A program made the position numbers and the translations under genes. Positions 28,002 to 37,410 of a stretch of 64,000 nucleotides of DNA are shown here, one piece after another. The stretch's first letter is position 1. Each line of letters opens with the position of its first letter. The notes below the pieces were generated by a model, which was not told the origin of the DNA, did not search any database, and saw nothing but the letters and a program-made list of their open reading frames with translations. Source of the stretch: Jatrophihabitantaceae bacterium (lineage in GTDB: Bacteria; Actinomycetota; Actinomycetes; Mycobacteriales; Jatrophihabitantaceae); the NCBI GenBank assembly GCA_036502695.1, contig DASXYE010000090.1, positions 353 to 64,352 on the forward strand, read 5' to 3'.

Positions 28002-28901
28002 CTACCAGTGCTCGGCGATCTTGGCGGCGGCGACGTCCACGGCGATCTCGATCACCCGGGCCACGAGTGGGGAGTGGGTGCGATCGGCCTGCCACAGCAG
28101 GAAGATCTCGCGCGGCGGGAGCGCCGGTCGCAGCTCGTGGGTGCCCAGCAGGCCGTCGGAGTCGAGGTCGGCGCCGTGGACGGTGAGCCGCGGCAGCACC
28201 GCCGAGCCCAGGCCGGCGCGCACCATCGACAGCACCGTCTCGTTGCCCGTGGTGCGGAACACGATCCGCGGGCGAACGCCGCGGCGGGCGAACGTCTGCT
28301 CCACCCGCACCTGATCGCAGATCGGCGGGGGCGCCACGATCGGTGCGCCGTCGAGCTGGGCCAGTCGCACCGGGCCGTCGGGAAAGGTGCCGCGGCGGGC
28401 CACCAGCAGGTAGGGATCGTCGAGCAACTTGAGGTGTTCGACGGCCCCCTCGGCGCGGCCGTCGAAGAACGTCAGGTCGACCTCATCGACGTGGGGCTGA
28501 TCGGTCTCCTCCTCGAACAGCCTGATGTCACAGCCGGGATGCTCGTCGCGCAACCGGCGCACGACCAGCGGCAGGATCACGTTGGACACGCTCTGGAAGG
28601 TGCCGATGTCGACCCGGCCGTCGCCGGCCTTGAACCGGTCGACCGCGGCCGCCATCGTCTGGGCCTTCGCCAGCAGCTCGCGTCCGTGCGCCAGCACCAC
28701 CGCGCCGAGCGGCGTGATCCGCACCGGCTTGGGCCCACCGGGCCGGTCGAACACGGCGCCGCCGACGGCCTTCTCCAGCGCCGCGATCTGCTGACTCACG
28801 GTCGACTGGGTGTAGCCGAGCCGCGCTGCCGCCCGCCCGAAGGTGCCCTCGTCGGCGACGGCGGCCAGCGTGGTGAGCTGCCGCAGATCGGCGTCGGACA
28901 T
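28002..28901 (-). CDS. LysR family transcriptional regulator
   Basis: N-terminal wHTH LRQLTTLAAVADEGTFGRAAARLGYTQSTVSQQIAALE plus a periplasmic-binding-like effector domain. Confidence 0.92.
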   Translation of the reverse strand: MSDADLRQLTTLAAVADEGTFGRAAARLGYTQSTVSQQIAALEKAVGGAVFDRPGGPKPVRITPLGAVVLAHGRELLAKAQTMAAAVDRFKAGDGRVDIGTFQSVSNVILPLVVRRLRDEHPGCDIRLFEEETDQPHVDEVDLTFFDGRAEGAVEHLKLLDDPYLLVARRGTFPDGPVRLAQLDGAPIVAPPPICDQVRVEQTFARRGVRPRIVFRTTGNETVLSMVRAGLGSAVLPRLTVHGADLDSDGLLGTHELRPALPPREIFLLWQADRTHSPLVARVIEIAVDVAAAKIAEHW

Positions 28902-28924
28902 GGGCTCGACCCCATCCAATAGGC

Positions 28925-28939
28925 ATCGTTAAACCCGAT
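28925..28939. promoter_or_regulatory. candidate LysR box (T-N11-A)
   Basis: ATCGTTAAACCCGAT dyad in the divergent spacer between the LysR gene and the hydrolase/methyltransferase operon. Confidence 0.4.
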
Positions 28940-28997
28940 TGAGTTGATCGGAGAGTATCGCTTTTCGTAATGAACGGTTCGCCCTAGCGTGGCATTC

Positions 28998-29855
28998 ATG
29001 ACCGATCACATCGCCAACGGCGAGCAGCTCGTCGAGCTCGACGACGTCCAGCTGTGTGACGAGACCTTCGGAGACCCGGCCGACCCGGCGATCCTGTTCG
29101 TCGACGGTGCGGCCGCGTCGATGCTGTGGTGGGACGCCGAGCTGTGCGAACGGCTCGCGCGCGCCGACCGGTTCGTGATCCGCTACGACAACCGCGACAC
29201 CGGCCGGTCCACCAGCTACCCGCCCGGGCGGCCGGGCTACACGTACACCGACCTGGCCGGGGACGCGCTCGCCATCCTGGACGCGCTGGGCGTCGAGAGC
29301 GCCCACCTCGTGTGCCGGTCGATGGCCGGCGGAATCGGGCTCATCCTCGGCGTGGACCACCCCGACCGGGTGGCGTCGCTGACGTTCGTCTCCACGTCCA
29401 CCGGTGCGGACGGCCTGCCACCGCCGTCCGGCGAGCTCGGCCGCAACACCCCCACCCAACCGGATCTCACCGACGCCGCTGCGGCAGTGGACTACGTCGT
29501 GGCCTACGCCATGGCGCTCGCGGGCGGCTCGCCCTACTTCGACGAGGTCGCCACGCGGGCCCTGGTCGAGCGGGATATGGCCCGCACCCGCAACATCGCG
29601 TCCACCCTCACCAACCACGACGCGATGACCTTCGACGGGCCGTCCGGCGGTTTCGGCGACATCAAGGCGCCGACGCTGGTGGTGCACGGCGACCACGACC
29701 CGTTCCTCCCGGTGGCGCACGGGCAAGCGCTGCGCGACGCGATTCCCGGAGCGGAGCTGCTGATCCTGCCCGGCGCGGGCCACGACCTGCCGCAGCCGCT
29801 GTGGGACGTGTTCGTGCCCGCCCTGATCCAGCACACCGGAAGCGGCCGGCGATGA
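28998..29855 (+). CDS. alpha/beta hydrolase
   Basis: Nucleophile elbow CRSMAGG and the HGDHDPF..GAGH C-terminal catalytic region. An alternative GTG start lies at 28989. Confidence 0.85.
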   Translation: MTDHIANGEQLVELDDVQLCDETFGDPADPAILFVDGAAASMLWWDAELCERLARADRFVIRYDNRDTGRSTSYPPGRPGYTYTDLAGDALAILDALGVESAHLVCRSMAGGIGLILGVDHPDRVASLTFVSTSTGADGLPPPSGELGRNTPTQPDLTDAAAAVDYVVAYAMALAGGSPYFDEVATRALVERDMARTRNIASTLTNHDAMTFDGPSGGFGDIKAPTLVVHGDHDPFLPVAHGQALRDAIPGAELLILPGAGHDLPQPLWDVFVPALIQHTGSGRR

Positions 29856-30652
29856 CGCGTTCGGCCGCGGATGGGCGCGGGAGCACCGACGTGTTCGACT
29901 ACGACGCCGAGTTACGCCGCCACAACGAACACTTTCGCGCCGCTGCTCGCGTCGGCTCCGGTGATCGGGTGCTCGACATCGGCTGCGGTACCGGCCAGAC
30001 CACGCGCGAGGCGGCCCGCGCCGCCGCCCCCGGCAGCGTGATCGGCATTGACGTCTCGGCCCGGATGCTCGAGCGGGCCCGTCAACTCAGCGCCGACCAG
30101 GGGCTGTCCAACATCACCTACCAGCAGGCCGACGCCCAGGTTTGCCCTTTCTCGCCAGCGCATTTCGACGTCTGCATCAGCCGGTTCGGAACGATGTTCT
30201 TCGCCGACCCGGTCGCTGCGTTCACCAACATCGGGCAGGCCCTGCGCCCCGACGGCCGCCTGGTGCTGCTCATCTGGCAAGAGCGCGACCGCAACGAGTG
30301 GGCCGCCGCGATCAGCCCGGGCCGCACCACCGCATCGCCGTCCCCCAGCCGCGGTCCGGACCCGTTCTCGCTCGCCGACCCGACCGCCACCGAAGCCATT
30401 CTGGCCGCTGCCGGCTTCACCGATGTCCACTTCACCGACGTGCACGAGCCCGTCTACTACGGCCCGGACGTCCCCGCTGCCTTCGATGCCGTGCTCCACC
30501 AGCTGGGATTCAACGACCAGCTGGCCGACCTCGACGCCGCGACGGCCGAGCAAGCACGCACCCGGCTACGCGACACCCTCACCGCCCACCACACCGACGG
30601 CGGTGTGTACTTCGACTCGCGGGCCTGGATCGTCACCGCCCGTCGTCACTGA
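29852..30652 (+). CDS. class I SAM-dependent methyltransferase
   Basis: Motif I VLDIGCGTGQ. The ATG overlaps the upstream stop (ATGA). Confidence 0.88.
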   Translation: MTRSAADGRGSTDVFDYDAELRRHNEHFRAAARVGSGDRVLDIGCGTGQTTREAARAAAPGSVIGIDVSARMLERARQLSADQGLSNITYQQADAQVCPFSPAHFDVCISRFGTMFFADPVAAFTNIGQALRPDGRLVLLIWQERDRNEWAAAISPGRTTASPSPSRGPDPFSLADPTATEAILAAAGFTDVHFTDVHEPVYYGPDVPAAFDAVLHQLGFNDQLADLDAATAEQARTRLRDTLTAHHTDGGVYFDSRAWIVTARRH

Positions 30653-31028
30653 CCGGAGCGCTGAGGCTCGGTCGTTCATCGGTCGGTGTGATGGACGTTG
30701 GTCCATTCGACCAGGCCACGGTCGACGAGTAGTCGCTGCAGGCGCTGCCAGGCCGGTGTGGCGCCGATGCTGTGGGCGTCGAGCCGGCCGGCAGTGGTGC
30801 CGTCGATCGCGCAGGTCGGCCTGGCGCTGGCCAGCGAGGCCGGTTGGCGAGCTGACGTGAACGGTCTTCTGCTGTTCCTCGGCGCGGTCATCGTTACGAG
30901 CGGGATTGTCATGGTCGCGGCCCGGTTCGCCGCGCGATGGCTGCCCGAGCGGCGGCGCATTCGGTAGGGTCGCTGCCGGCGCGCCGGGAAGTCTGGTCGG
31001 CATTCACCTGAGACGACCGGAGTAGTCC

Positions 31029-32603
31029 GTGCGCGGATTCGAGATTGTGCTCGCCTTGGTCGTGGCTGCCACGATCGTGGCGGCCCTGGCCGAGCGCTGG
31101 CGTACCCCTGCTCCCTCGCTGCTGGTGATCGCCGGACTGGCCATCGGCGCGATCCCCGGCGTGCCCGCCGTGCAACTGCGGCCCGAGATCGTCGCGATCG
31201 GAGTGCTCCCCCCGCTGCTCTACGCCGCGGCCGCCGATGTCGCGGTGAGCGAGCTGCGCAGCGTCCTCGGATCGGTCAGCACCCTGGCGGTCGGGCTGGT
31301 CGCGGCCTCGGCCGTTGCCGTCGCGTTCGTCGCCCACGCGCTGTTCCCGCAGCTGTCGCTGGCCGCAGCGTTCGTGCTCGGCGCGGTGCTGGCGAGTACC
31401 GACCCGATCGCGGTGAGCGCCCTGGCTCGGCGCATGCACCTGCCGCCCCGGTTGCTCGCCCTCGTACAGGGCGAGAGCCTGCTCAACGACGCGACGTCCC
31501 TGGTGCTGTTCCGGGTGGCGATCAGCCTGGCCACCGCCGGGGCCGGCGTCTCGATGCTCGGAGCGTCGTGGCAGTTCGTCCGGCTCGGCGGTGGTGGCGC
31601 CCTGGTCGGCCTCGGCTGCGCCTACCTCGTCGGGGCGCTGCGGCGGCGCATCCACGACCCGGTGATCGAGACGGTCACCGCGCTGGTCGTGCCCTACGCC
31701 ATTTACGTCGCTGCCGAGGCCATCGGCACCTCCGGCGTGACCGCGGTCGTGCTGGCCGGGCTATACCTCGGCGAGCGCGAGCGCGGCACCGACCTGTCCA
31801 GCGGGCCGACCAGGCTGCAGGTCGCTAACGTCTACGCCGTCGTGCAGTTCCTGCTGGAAAGCGTGATCTTCGCGGTCATCGGCCTGGAGCTGCCGGCCGT
31901 CGTGCGCCGGCTGGACGGCGCCGACCGGCACTTCGTCCTCGGCGCGCTCGCCGTGGTCGCGGTCGTGATTGCCGTGCGGATGCTGTGGGTCTACCCGGCG
32001 ACGTACCTGCCGCACTGGCTGCACCGCGCGAGCGGCGACGAGGTGCCCAGCTGGACGGTGCCGACGGTGATCAGCTGGGCCGGCACTCGCGGTGTCGTAC
32101 CGCTGGCCGCGGCGCTGTCGATTCCGCTCACGGTCGCCGGCCACCCGTTCCCGCACCGCGACCTGATCCTGGTCCTGACCACCAGCTGCATCCTGGTCAC
32201 CCTGGTCGTGCAGGGACTGACCCTGGAGCCACTGGTGCGCCGGCTCGGCGTGACCGACGACCTGACCGAGCGCGCTCGCCACGAGGCCGTCGCCCGGCAC
32301 GCGGCGACCCGAGCCGCCCTGGCCCGCCTCGACGAGCTGGTCGACCTCGAGGCCGCGCCCGAGGTGGTCGCCGCGCGACTCCGCTCCGAGCTGCAACAGC
32401 AGCTCGACCGCACCCGCAGCGCCCAGAACGGCGCCACCCCGGACGCGACGCTCGCGGAAGCCACGTATCGCGCGATCCGCCGCGACCTGCTGGCCGCCGA
32501 GGCCGCCGAGCTGCTGCGGCTGCGGGCCCAGGGCGTGATCAGCGAGGCGGCCCGACGAAAGGTCCAGCGCTCGCTGGACATCCGCGAAACGGGACTCGGC
32601 TGA
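31029..32603 (+). CDS. Na+/H+ antiporter (CPA1/NhaP type) with a cytoplasmic C-terminal domain
   Basis: 524 aa, 11-12 TM helices, with LVQGESLLNDATSLVLF and WAGTRGVV motifs. Confidence 0.88.
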   Translation: MRGFEIVLALVVAATIVAALAERWRTPAPSLLVIAGLAIGAIPGVPAVQLRPEIVAIGVLPPLLYAAAADVAVSELRSVLGSVSTLAVGLVAASAVAVAFVAHALFPQLSLAAAFVLGAVLASTDPIAVSALARRMHLPPRLLALVQGESLLNDATSLVLFRVAISLATAGAGVSMLGASWQFVRLGGGGALVGLGCAYLVGALRRRIHDPVIETVTALVVPYAIYVAAEAIGTSGVTAVVLAGLYLGERERGTDLSSGPTRLQVANVYAVVQFLLESVIFAVIGLELPAVVRRLDGADRHFVLGALAVVAVVIAVRMLWVYPATYLPHWLHRASGDEVPSWTVPTVISWAGTRGVVPLAAALSIPLTVAGHPFPHRDLILVLTTSCILVTLVVQGLTLEPLVRRLGVTDDLTERARHEAVARHAATRAALARLDELVDLEAAPEVVAARLRSELQQQLDRTRSAQNGATPDATLAEATYRAIRRDLLAAEAAELLRLRAQGVISEAARRKVQRSLDIRETGLG

Positions 32604-32606
32604 GCC

Positions 32607-32640
32607 TTGACTCGACCCATCGGTAAGTTATAGCTTACCG
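32607..32640 (+). promoter_or_regulatory. promoter plus operator dyad upstream of the ArsR-family gene
   Basis: TTGACT, 16 nt, TATAGC, ending 9 nt before the GTG start. It overlaps the dyad CGGTAAGTTATAGCTTACCG. Confidence 0.5.
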
Positions 32641-32643
32641 TTC

Positions 32644-32982
32644 GTGGATGCTTACCGAGCCGCTGATGCGTGGGAGGTGCTCGCCGATCCGACCCGTCGG
32701 ACCATCGTCGAACGCCTGGCCGAACGGCCGCGTGCCGTGGGCGAGCTGGCCGCCGAGCTGCCGATCAGCCGCCCGGCCGTCTCGCAACACCTGAAAGTGC
32801 TGAAGGACGCCGGACTGGTCGCCGAGCAAGCCGAAGGCACCCGGCGGATCTACCGGCTCGACCCCATCGCGGTCACCGCCCTTCGCGACCAGCTCGACGC
32901 ATTCTGGGCCCGCACCCTCACCGGCTTCGCCGATCTGATCGCACCACCCGACGCCGACACACCCACCAAGGAGAAGTCATGA
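32644..32982 (+). CDS. ArsR/SmtB family transcriptional regulator
   Basis: wHTH LADPTRRTIVERLAERPRAVGELAAELPISRPAVSQHLKVLKDAGLV. Confidence 0.9.
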   Translation: MDAYRAADAWEVLADPTRRTIVERLAERPRAVGELAAELPISRPAVSQHLKVLKDAGLVAEQAEGTRRIYRLDPIAVTALRDQLDAFWARTLTGFADLIAPPDADTPTKEKS

Positions 32983-33461
32983 CCCAAGCAGCAGCCACCG
33001 TCGTCCGCCGCGACATCGAGGTCGAGGCACCCATCGCGCGGGCATTCAGCGTCTTCACCGAGCGCCTCGGCGACTACAAGCCGCCCGAGCACAACCTGCT
33101 GCAGGTGCCGGTCGCCGAGACCGTGTTCGAACCCAAGGTCGGGGGCGACATCTACGACCGGGGCGTCGACGGAAGCACCTGCCGGTGGGCCCGGGTCCTC
33201 GCCTACGAACCCCCGAACCGCGTCGTGTTCAGCTGGGACATCAGCCCGCAGTGGCAGCTCGAGCCCGACCCCGACAACACCAGCGAGGTGGAGGTCCGGT
33301 TCATCGCCGTATCCCCGGAGCGCACTCGCATCGAACTCGAACACCGCGACCTGGATCGCCACGGACCCGGCTGGCAGTCCGTCAGCGACGGCGTCGCCGG
33401 CGACCAGGGCTGGCCGCTCTACCTCGACCGCTACGCCGCCTTGTTCACCGCAGCCGGCTAA
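32979..33461 (+). CDS. SRPBCC (Aha1/BPI-like) domain protein
   Basis: 160 aa. ATGA overlap with the ArsR gene. This is the typical ArsR-SRPBCC pair (EAPIARAFSVFTE...WDISPQW). Confidence 0.8.
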   Translation: MTQAAATVVRRDIEVEAPIARAFSVFTERLGDYKPPEHNLLQVPVAETVFEPKVGGDIYDRGVDGSTCRWARVLAYEPPNRVVFSWDISPQWQLEPDPDNTSEVEVRFIAVSPERTRIELEHRDLDRHGPGWQSVSDGVAGDQGWPLYLDRYAALFTAAG

Positions 33462-33691
33462 AAGCGGCACCTCGGACGCCGCGCCCGCTCCGGCGCTGGT
33501 CATCGGCCCAGCGGGCGCGACGTCCCCGGCGGAGTGCAGCACCGAAATTCCTCATGATCATTCCGTTCCTGCTACTCGACTGCCATGTACCTGCGGATTG
33601 CTGTCGAGATATTGCGTAAATGTGTCACGAACGTTACCGTCGCCGTGACCCCGATCACATCGGTCTCCCCCAAACCGAGAGTGAGCAGCGC

Positions 33692-36600
33692 ATGTCCATC
33701 CGGCATCCCAGAATCAGGTCCCGCCTCGGCGTCGTCCTCAGCGGCGCGCTCGTAGTCTCCGGCGCCGCCGTCGTCCTCGCCGCTCCGGCCGCCGCAGCGG
33801 CCACCGGTGGCGTCGGCGCGACGCTGCCCTACGTCGAGGTTCAGGCCGAGAACTCGACCACCAACGGCACGATCATCGGACCGAGCGCGGTCTACGGCAC
33901 GCTGCCGGCCGAGGCGTCCTACCGCAAGGCGGTGACCCTGCAGGGCAGCGGCAAGTACGTCGAGTTCACCACCCCGGTCGCCACGAACTCGATCGTCTTC
34001 CGCTACAGCATCCCCGACACCGGCAGCGGATCGGTCTACACGGCGCCCATCTCCCTCTACGTCGACGGGACGAAGCAGCCGAACTTCACCCTGACCAACG
34101 CCTACAGCTGGTACTACGGCGGCTACCCGTTCACCAACTCGCCGGGCAGCAACCCGCACCACTTCTACGACGAGGTGCACCGGCTGTTCTCGACGACGTA
34201 TCAAGCGGGCACCAAGTTCCGCATCCAGGTCGACGCCGATTCGAGCGCCTCGTCCTACACGATCGACTTCGCCGACTTCGAGAACGTTCCCGCCGCGCTG
34301 TCCCAGCCCAGCGGTTCGGTGTCGGTGACCAGCCAGGGTGCCGACCCGACCGGCGCCGCCGACTCGACCGGCGCGTTCAACGCGGCGATCGCCGCCGCGG
34401 GCCCCGGTGGCACCGTGTGGATCCCGGAGGGCACGTACAAGATCCCGGGAAGCACCAGTGGTTGTGGGATGTCGTGCAGCCACCTGGTCCTGAACAACGT
34501 CACCATCAAGGGCGCCGGCATGTGGCGCTCGACGATCACCGGTAACGCGCCGGGCTTCTACGGCGGGTACGCGCCCAACGGCGGCTCCAACGTGCACCTG
34601 TCCGACTTCGCCATCTTCGGCAACGTCCAGGAGCGCAACGACGGCGACCAGGTCAACGGCATCGGCGGCGCGCTGTCGAGCTCCACCGTCGATCGCGTCT
34701 GGATCGAGCACGAGAAGGTCGGCGCCTGGATGGACGGGCCGATGGACGGCCTCGTCTTCTCCGGCATGCGCATCCGCAACACCACGGCGGACGGCGTCAA
34801 CTTCCACAAGGGCGTGACCAACTCCAAGGTCACCAACAGCGACCTGCGCAACCTCGGCGACGACGGCCTGGCCACCTGGTCCGACACCAACGCCGACGCC
34901 AACGACTCGTTCGACCACGACACCGTGCAGTACCCGATCCTCGCCAACGGCATCGCGATCTACGGCGGGCACGACAACGTCGTCACCGACAACCGGGTCA
35001 TCGACGCCGGCCTCACCCAGGGCGGCGGCATCCACGTCGCGCAGCGGTTCGCCTCCACCACACTGGGGCGTACGGACGTTCTGCGGAACACGATCATCCG
35101 GTCCGGCAGCCTCGATCCGAACTGGAACTTCGGCGTCGGGGCTCTGTGGTTCGACGCCCGGGACGCGGCGATGAGCGGCCTGGTGAACGTCGACAACATC
35201 CTGATCCAGCAGAGCCCGTTCGAGGCGATCCAGTTCGTGTCGGGCTCCAGCATCACCAACGTCCAGATCAACAACGCGACGATCCAGAACACCGGCACGT
35301 GGGTCGTCCAGGAGCAGGTCGGCGGCTCGGCCACCATCACCAACAGCACCGCCACCGGCACGCAGGCCCCCGCGTCGATCTACAACTGCGGCGTCGGCTT
35401 CACGTTGACCGACGGTGGCGGCAACTCCGGCGTCCTCGGCACCCCGGCCTGCCAGAACATCACCGCCCCGGCGTTTCCGCCGTACCTGCCGGACAACGGC
35501 TCGCTGATCTCGATCAGTCCGAGCGCGGTCGGGTTCGGCACGGTGGCCACCGGCTCGTCCAGCGCGCCGCAAGCGGTCACCGTCACCAACACGGGGACGG
35601 CCGCCGCCCCGGTCGGCTCGATCGCGACGTCCGGCGACTTCAGCCAGACGAACAACTGCGGCAGCTCGATCACCGCGGGCGGCTCGTGCACGGTGAACGT
35701 CACGTTCACCCCGGCCGGGACGGGCTCGCGGACCGGCAACCTGACCATCACCGCGTCCGGCATCGGCAATACCGTGCCGCTGTCGGGAACCGGCGTGGCC
35801 CCCGGGCCGATCCTCAACCCCAACCCGTCCAGCCTGGCCTTCGCCGGCACGATCGTCGGCACCTCGGCGCCGACCCAGGCCGTCACCGTCACCAACACCG
35901 GCACGACGTCGGCCACCGTCTCCGGCGTCTCTGCGAGCGGTGACTACAGCCAGACGAACAACTGCGCGACGCTGGCCGTCGGGGCCTCGTGCACCGTGAC
36001 TGTCAAGTTCACCCCGGCGGCATCCGGCAACCGGACCGGCAGCGTCACGATCACCAGCAACGCCAACAACAGTCCGACGACGATCGCGCTCAACGGCAGC
36101 GGTATCGGCACCGACACGAACATCGCGCTGCACAAGACGGCCTCGGCCAGCAGCGAGGTGAACGGCACCCAGACCGCGGCCACCGCCGTCGACGGCGATG
36201 CCAACACCTACTGGGAGAGCGCCAACAACGCGTTCCCGCAGTGGCTGCAGGTCGATCTCGGCGCGACGTACACGGTCGGCAAGGTCACGCTGAAGCTGCC
36301 GCCGTCGAGCGCCTGGGGTACCCGCACCCAGACGCTGTCCGTGCAGACCAGCACCAACGGCACTACGTTCAGCACGGCTGTAGGTTCGTCGACGTACACG
36401 TTCACCTCGCCGACCAACGTGGTCAACATCCCGGTTCCGGCGACGGGTGCTCGCTACGTGCGGATCAACGTCACCGCCAACTCGGGCTGGCCGGCCGGGC
36501 AGGCGTCCGAGTTCGAGGTGTACCCGAGCGGCGGCACCAGCCCGAACTCGGCGACGCTGAGCACCAGCCCGGGCTCGCTCACGTTCGCCAGCCAAGCGCT

Positions 36601-37273
36601 CAACACCACCAGCCCGGCGCAGACGGTGACGATCACCAACACCGGGACGGCGGCCGCCGCGGTCTCCTCCGTCGCGGTCGCGGGTGAGTTCACGCAGACG
36701 AACACCTGCGGCAGCTCGATCGCCGCCGGGGCGTCCTGCACGGCCAGCGTCGCGTTCCGGCCGACGGCGTCGGGCAACCGCACCGGCACCCTCACCGTCG
36801 CCAGCAACGCCACGAACAGCCCGACGACTGTCGCGCTCACCGGCACCGGCGCCGGGACCGTGTCGACCAACCTCGCCGCCGGGCGGGCGACCAGCGAGTC
36901 CAGCCACACCGACGTCTACCCGTCGAGCAATGTCACCGACACCAACCAGGGCAGCTACTGGGAGAGCGCCAACAACGCGTTCCCCCAGTGGGTACAGGTC
37001 GATCTCGGTTCCGCGCAGAGCGCCAGCCGGATCGTGCTGCAACTGCCGCCGTCGTGGGGCGCGCGCACCGAGACGTTGTCGGTCCTGGGCAGCACCGACG
37101 GGACGAACTTCTCGACGGTCAAGGCCTCGGCCGGATACACGTTCGACCCGGCGTCCAACAACACGGTCACCATCCCGATCAGCGCCACCCAGCGTTACTT
37201 CCGGCTGAACATCACCGCCAACTCCGGCTGGCCGGCCGGGCAGATCTCCGGCTTCCAGGTCTGGAACGTCTAG
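33692..37273 (+). CDS. secreted multidomain beta-helix glycoside hydrolase (GH87 alpha-1,3-glucanase/mycodextranase-like), 3 choice-of-anchor-D/ASPM-type repeats, 2 F5/8 type C (discoidin) domains
   Basis: Signal peptide MSIRHPRIRSRLGVVLSGALVVSGAAVVLAAPAAAA. N-terminal beta-sandwich (LPYVEVQAENSTTNG). Pectate-lyase-3-like start of a parallel beta-helix (GADPTGAADSTGAFNAAIAAAG..GTVWIPEGTYKI). Three copies of the ...VTVTNTG...SGDFSQTNNCG...C.V.V.F.P...G.R.G.L.I module. Two DGDANTYWESANNAFPQWLQVDLG discoidin domains. The GH family assignment is tentative. Confidence 0.85.
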   Translation: MSIRHPRIRSRLGVVLSGALVVSGAAVVLAAPAAAAATGGVGATLPYVEVQAENSTTNGTIIGPSAVYGTLPAEASYRKAVTLQGSGKYVEFTTPVATNSIVFRYSIPDTGSGSVYTAPISLYVDGTKQPNFTLTNAYSWYYGGYPFTNSPGSNPHHFYDEVHRLFSTTYQAGTKFRIQVDADSSASSYTIDFADFENVPAALSQPSGSVSVTSQGADPTGAADSTGAFNAAIAAAGPGGTVWIPEGTYKIPGSTSGCGMSCSHLVLNNVTIKGAGMWRSTITGNAPGFYGGYAPNGGSNVHLSDFAIFGNVQERNDGDQVNGIGGALSSSTVDRVWIEHEKVGAWMDGPMDGLVFSGMRIRNTTADGVNFHKGVTNSKVTNSDLRNLGDDGLATWSDTNADANDSFDHDTVQYPILANGIAIYGGHDNVVTDNRVIDAGLTQGGGIHVAQRFASTTLGRTDVLRNTIIRSGSLDPNWNFGVGALWFDARDAAMSGLVNVDNILIQQSPFEAIQFVSGSSITNVQINNATIQNTGTWVVQEQVGGSATITNSTATGTQAPASIYNCGVGFTLTDGGGNSGVLGTPACQNITAPAFPPYLPDNGSLISISPSAVGFGTVATGSSSAPQAVTVTNTGTAAAPVGSIATSGDFSQTNNCGSSITAGGSCTVNVTFTPAGTGSRTGNLTITASGIGNTVPLSGTGVAPGPILNPNPSSLAFAGTIVGTSAPTQAVTVTNTGTTSATVSGVSASGDYSQTNNCATLAVGASCTVTVKFTPAASGNRTGSVTITSNANNSPTTIALNGSGIGTDTNIALHKTASASSEVNGTQTAATAVDGDANTYWESANNAFPQWLQVDLGATYTVGKVTLKLPPSSAWGTRTQTLSVQTSTNGTTFSTAVGSSTYTFTSPTNVVNIPVPATGARYVRINVTANSGWPAGQASEFEVYPSGGTSPNSATLSTSPGSLTFASQALNTTSPAQTVTITNTGTAAAAVSSVAVAGEFTQTNTCGSSIAAGASCTASVAFRPTASGNRTGTLTVASNATNSPTTVALTGTGAGTVSTNLAAGRATSESSHTDVYPSSNVTDTNQGSYWESANNAFPQWVQVDLGSAQSASRIVLQLPPSWGARTETLSVLGSTDGTNFSTVKASAGYTFDPASNNTVTIPISATQRYFRLNITANSGWPAGQISGFQVWNV

Positions 37274-37343
37274 CCAGCGCGATCGAGGTGCCGCCGGCCG
37301 CCCCAGCGCGCCGGCGGCACCGTCGCGTCGACCGACCACCCTT

Positions 37344-37399
37344 CATGATCAAGAGGGGAAAGTGGTCGCTATAGCAGCCACTTTTCCCTCTTGATCAAG
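37344..37399. repeat. AT-rich near-perfect palindrome, copy 1
   Basis: CATGATCAAGAGGGGAAAGTGGTCGCTATAGCAGCCACTTTTCCCTCTTGATCA: 20-bp arms with one G-T mismatch, and a core containing the palindrome GCTATAGC. It lies 71 nt after the glycosidase stop. Confidence 0.85.
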
Positions 37400-37410
37400 G
37401 ACGTAGTCGG

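Noticed and set aside
30653-31028. ORFs in the methyltransferase-antiporter spacer: 30698-30967 + (89 aa), 30676-30960 - (94 aa, ends ...WQRLQRLLVDRGLVEWTNVHHTDR), and a possible 36-aa TM peptide from GTG 30857 (VNGLLLFLGAVIVTSGIVMVAARFAARWLPERRRIR).
   Set aside because: No recognisable family, weak or absent ribosome-binding sites, and mutually overlapping frames. The short TM peptide is plausible but cannot be supported from sequence alone. The minus-strand tail may be another gene remnant, but I cannot name a parent family.
33572-37339. A 1255-aa minus-strand ORF antisense to the large glycosidase. Similar long ORFs occur elsewhere (16030-18072 +, 43213-45381 +, 43490-46279 -, 4283-5662 N-terminal extension, 1944-3458 and 2324-4066 N-terminal extensions).
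   Set aside because: Their translations are R/G/A/P/D-rich and lack motifs or hydrophobic cores. This is the usual open antisense or shifted frame of very high-GC DNA. In each case the opposite or shorter frame gives a protein with clear family signatures.
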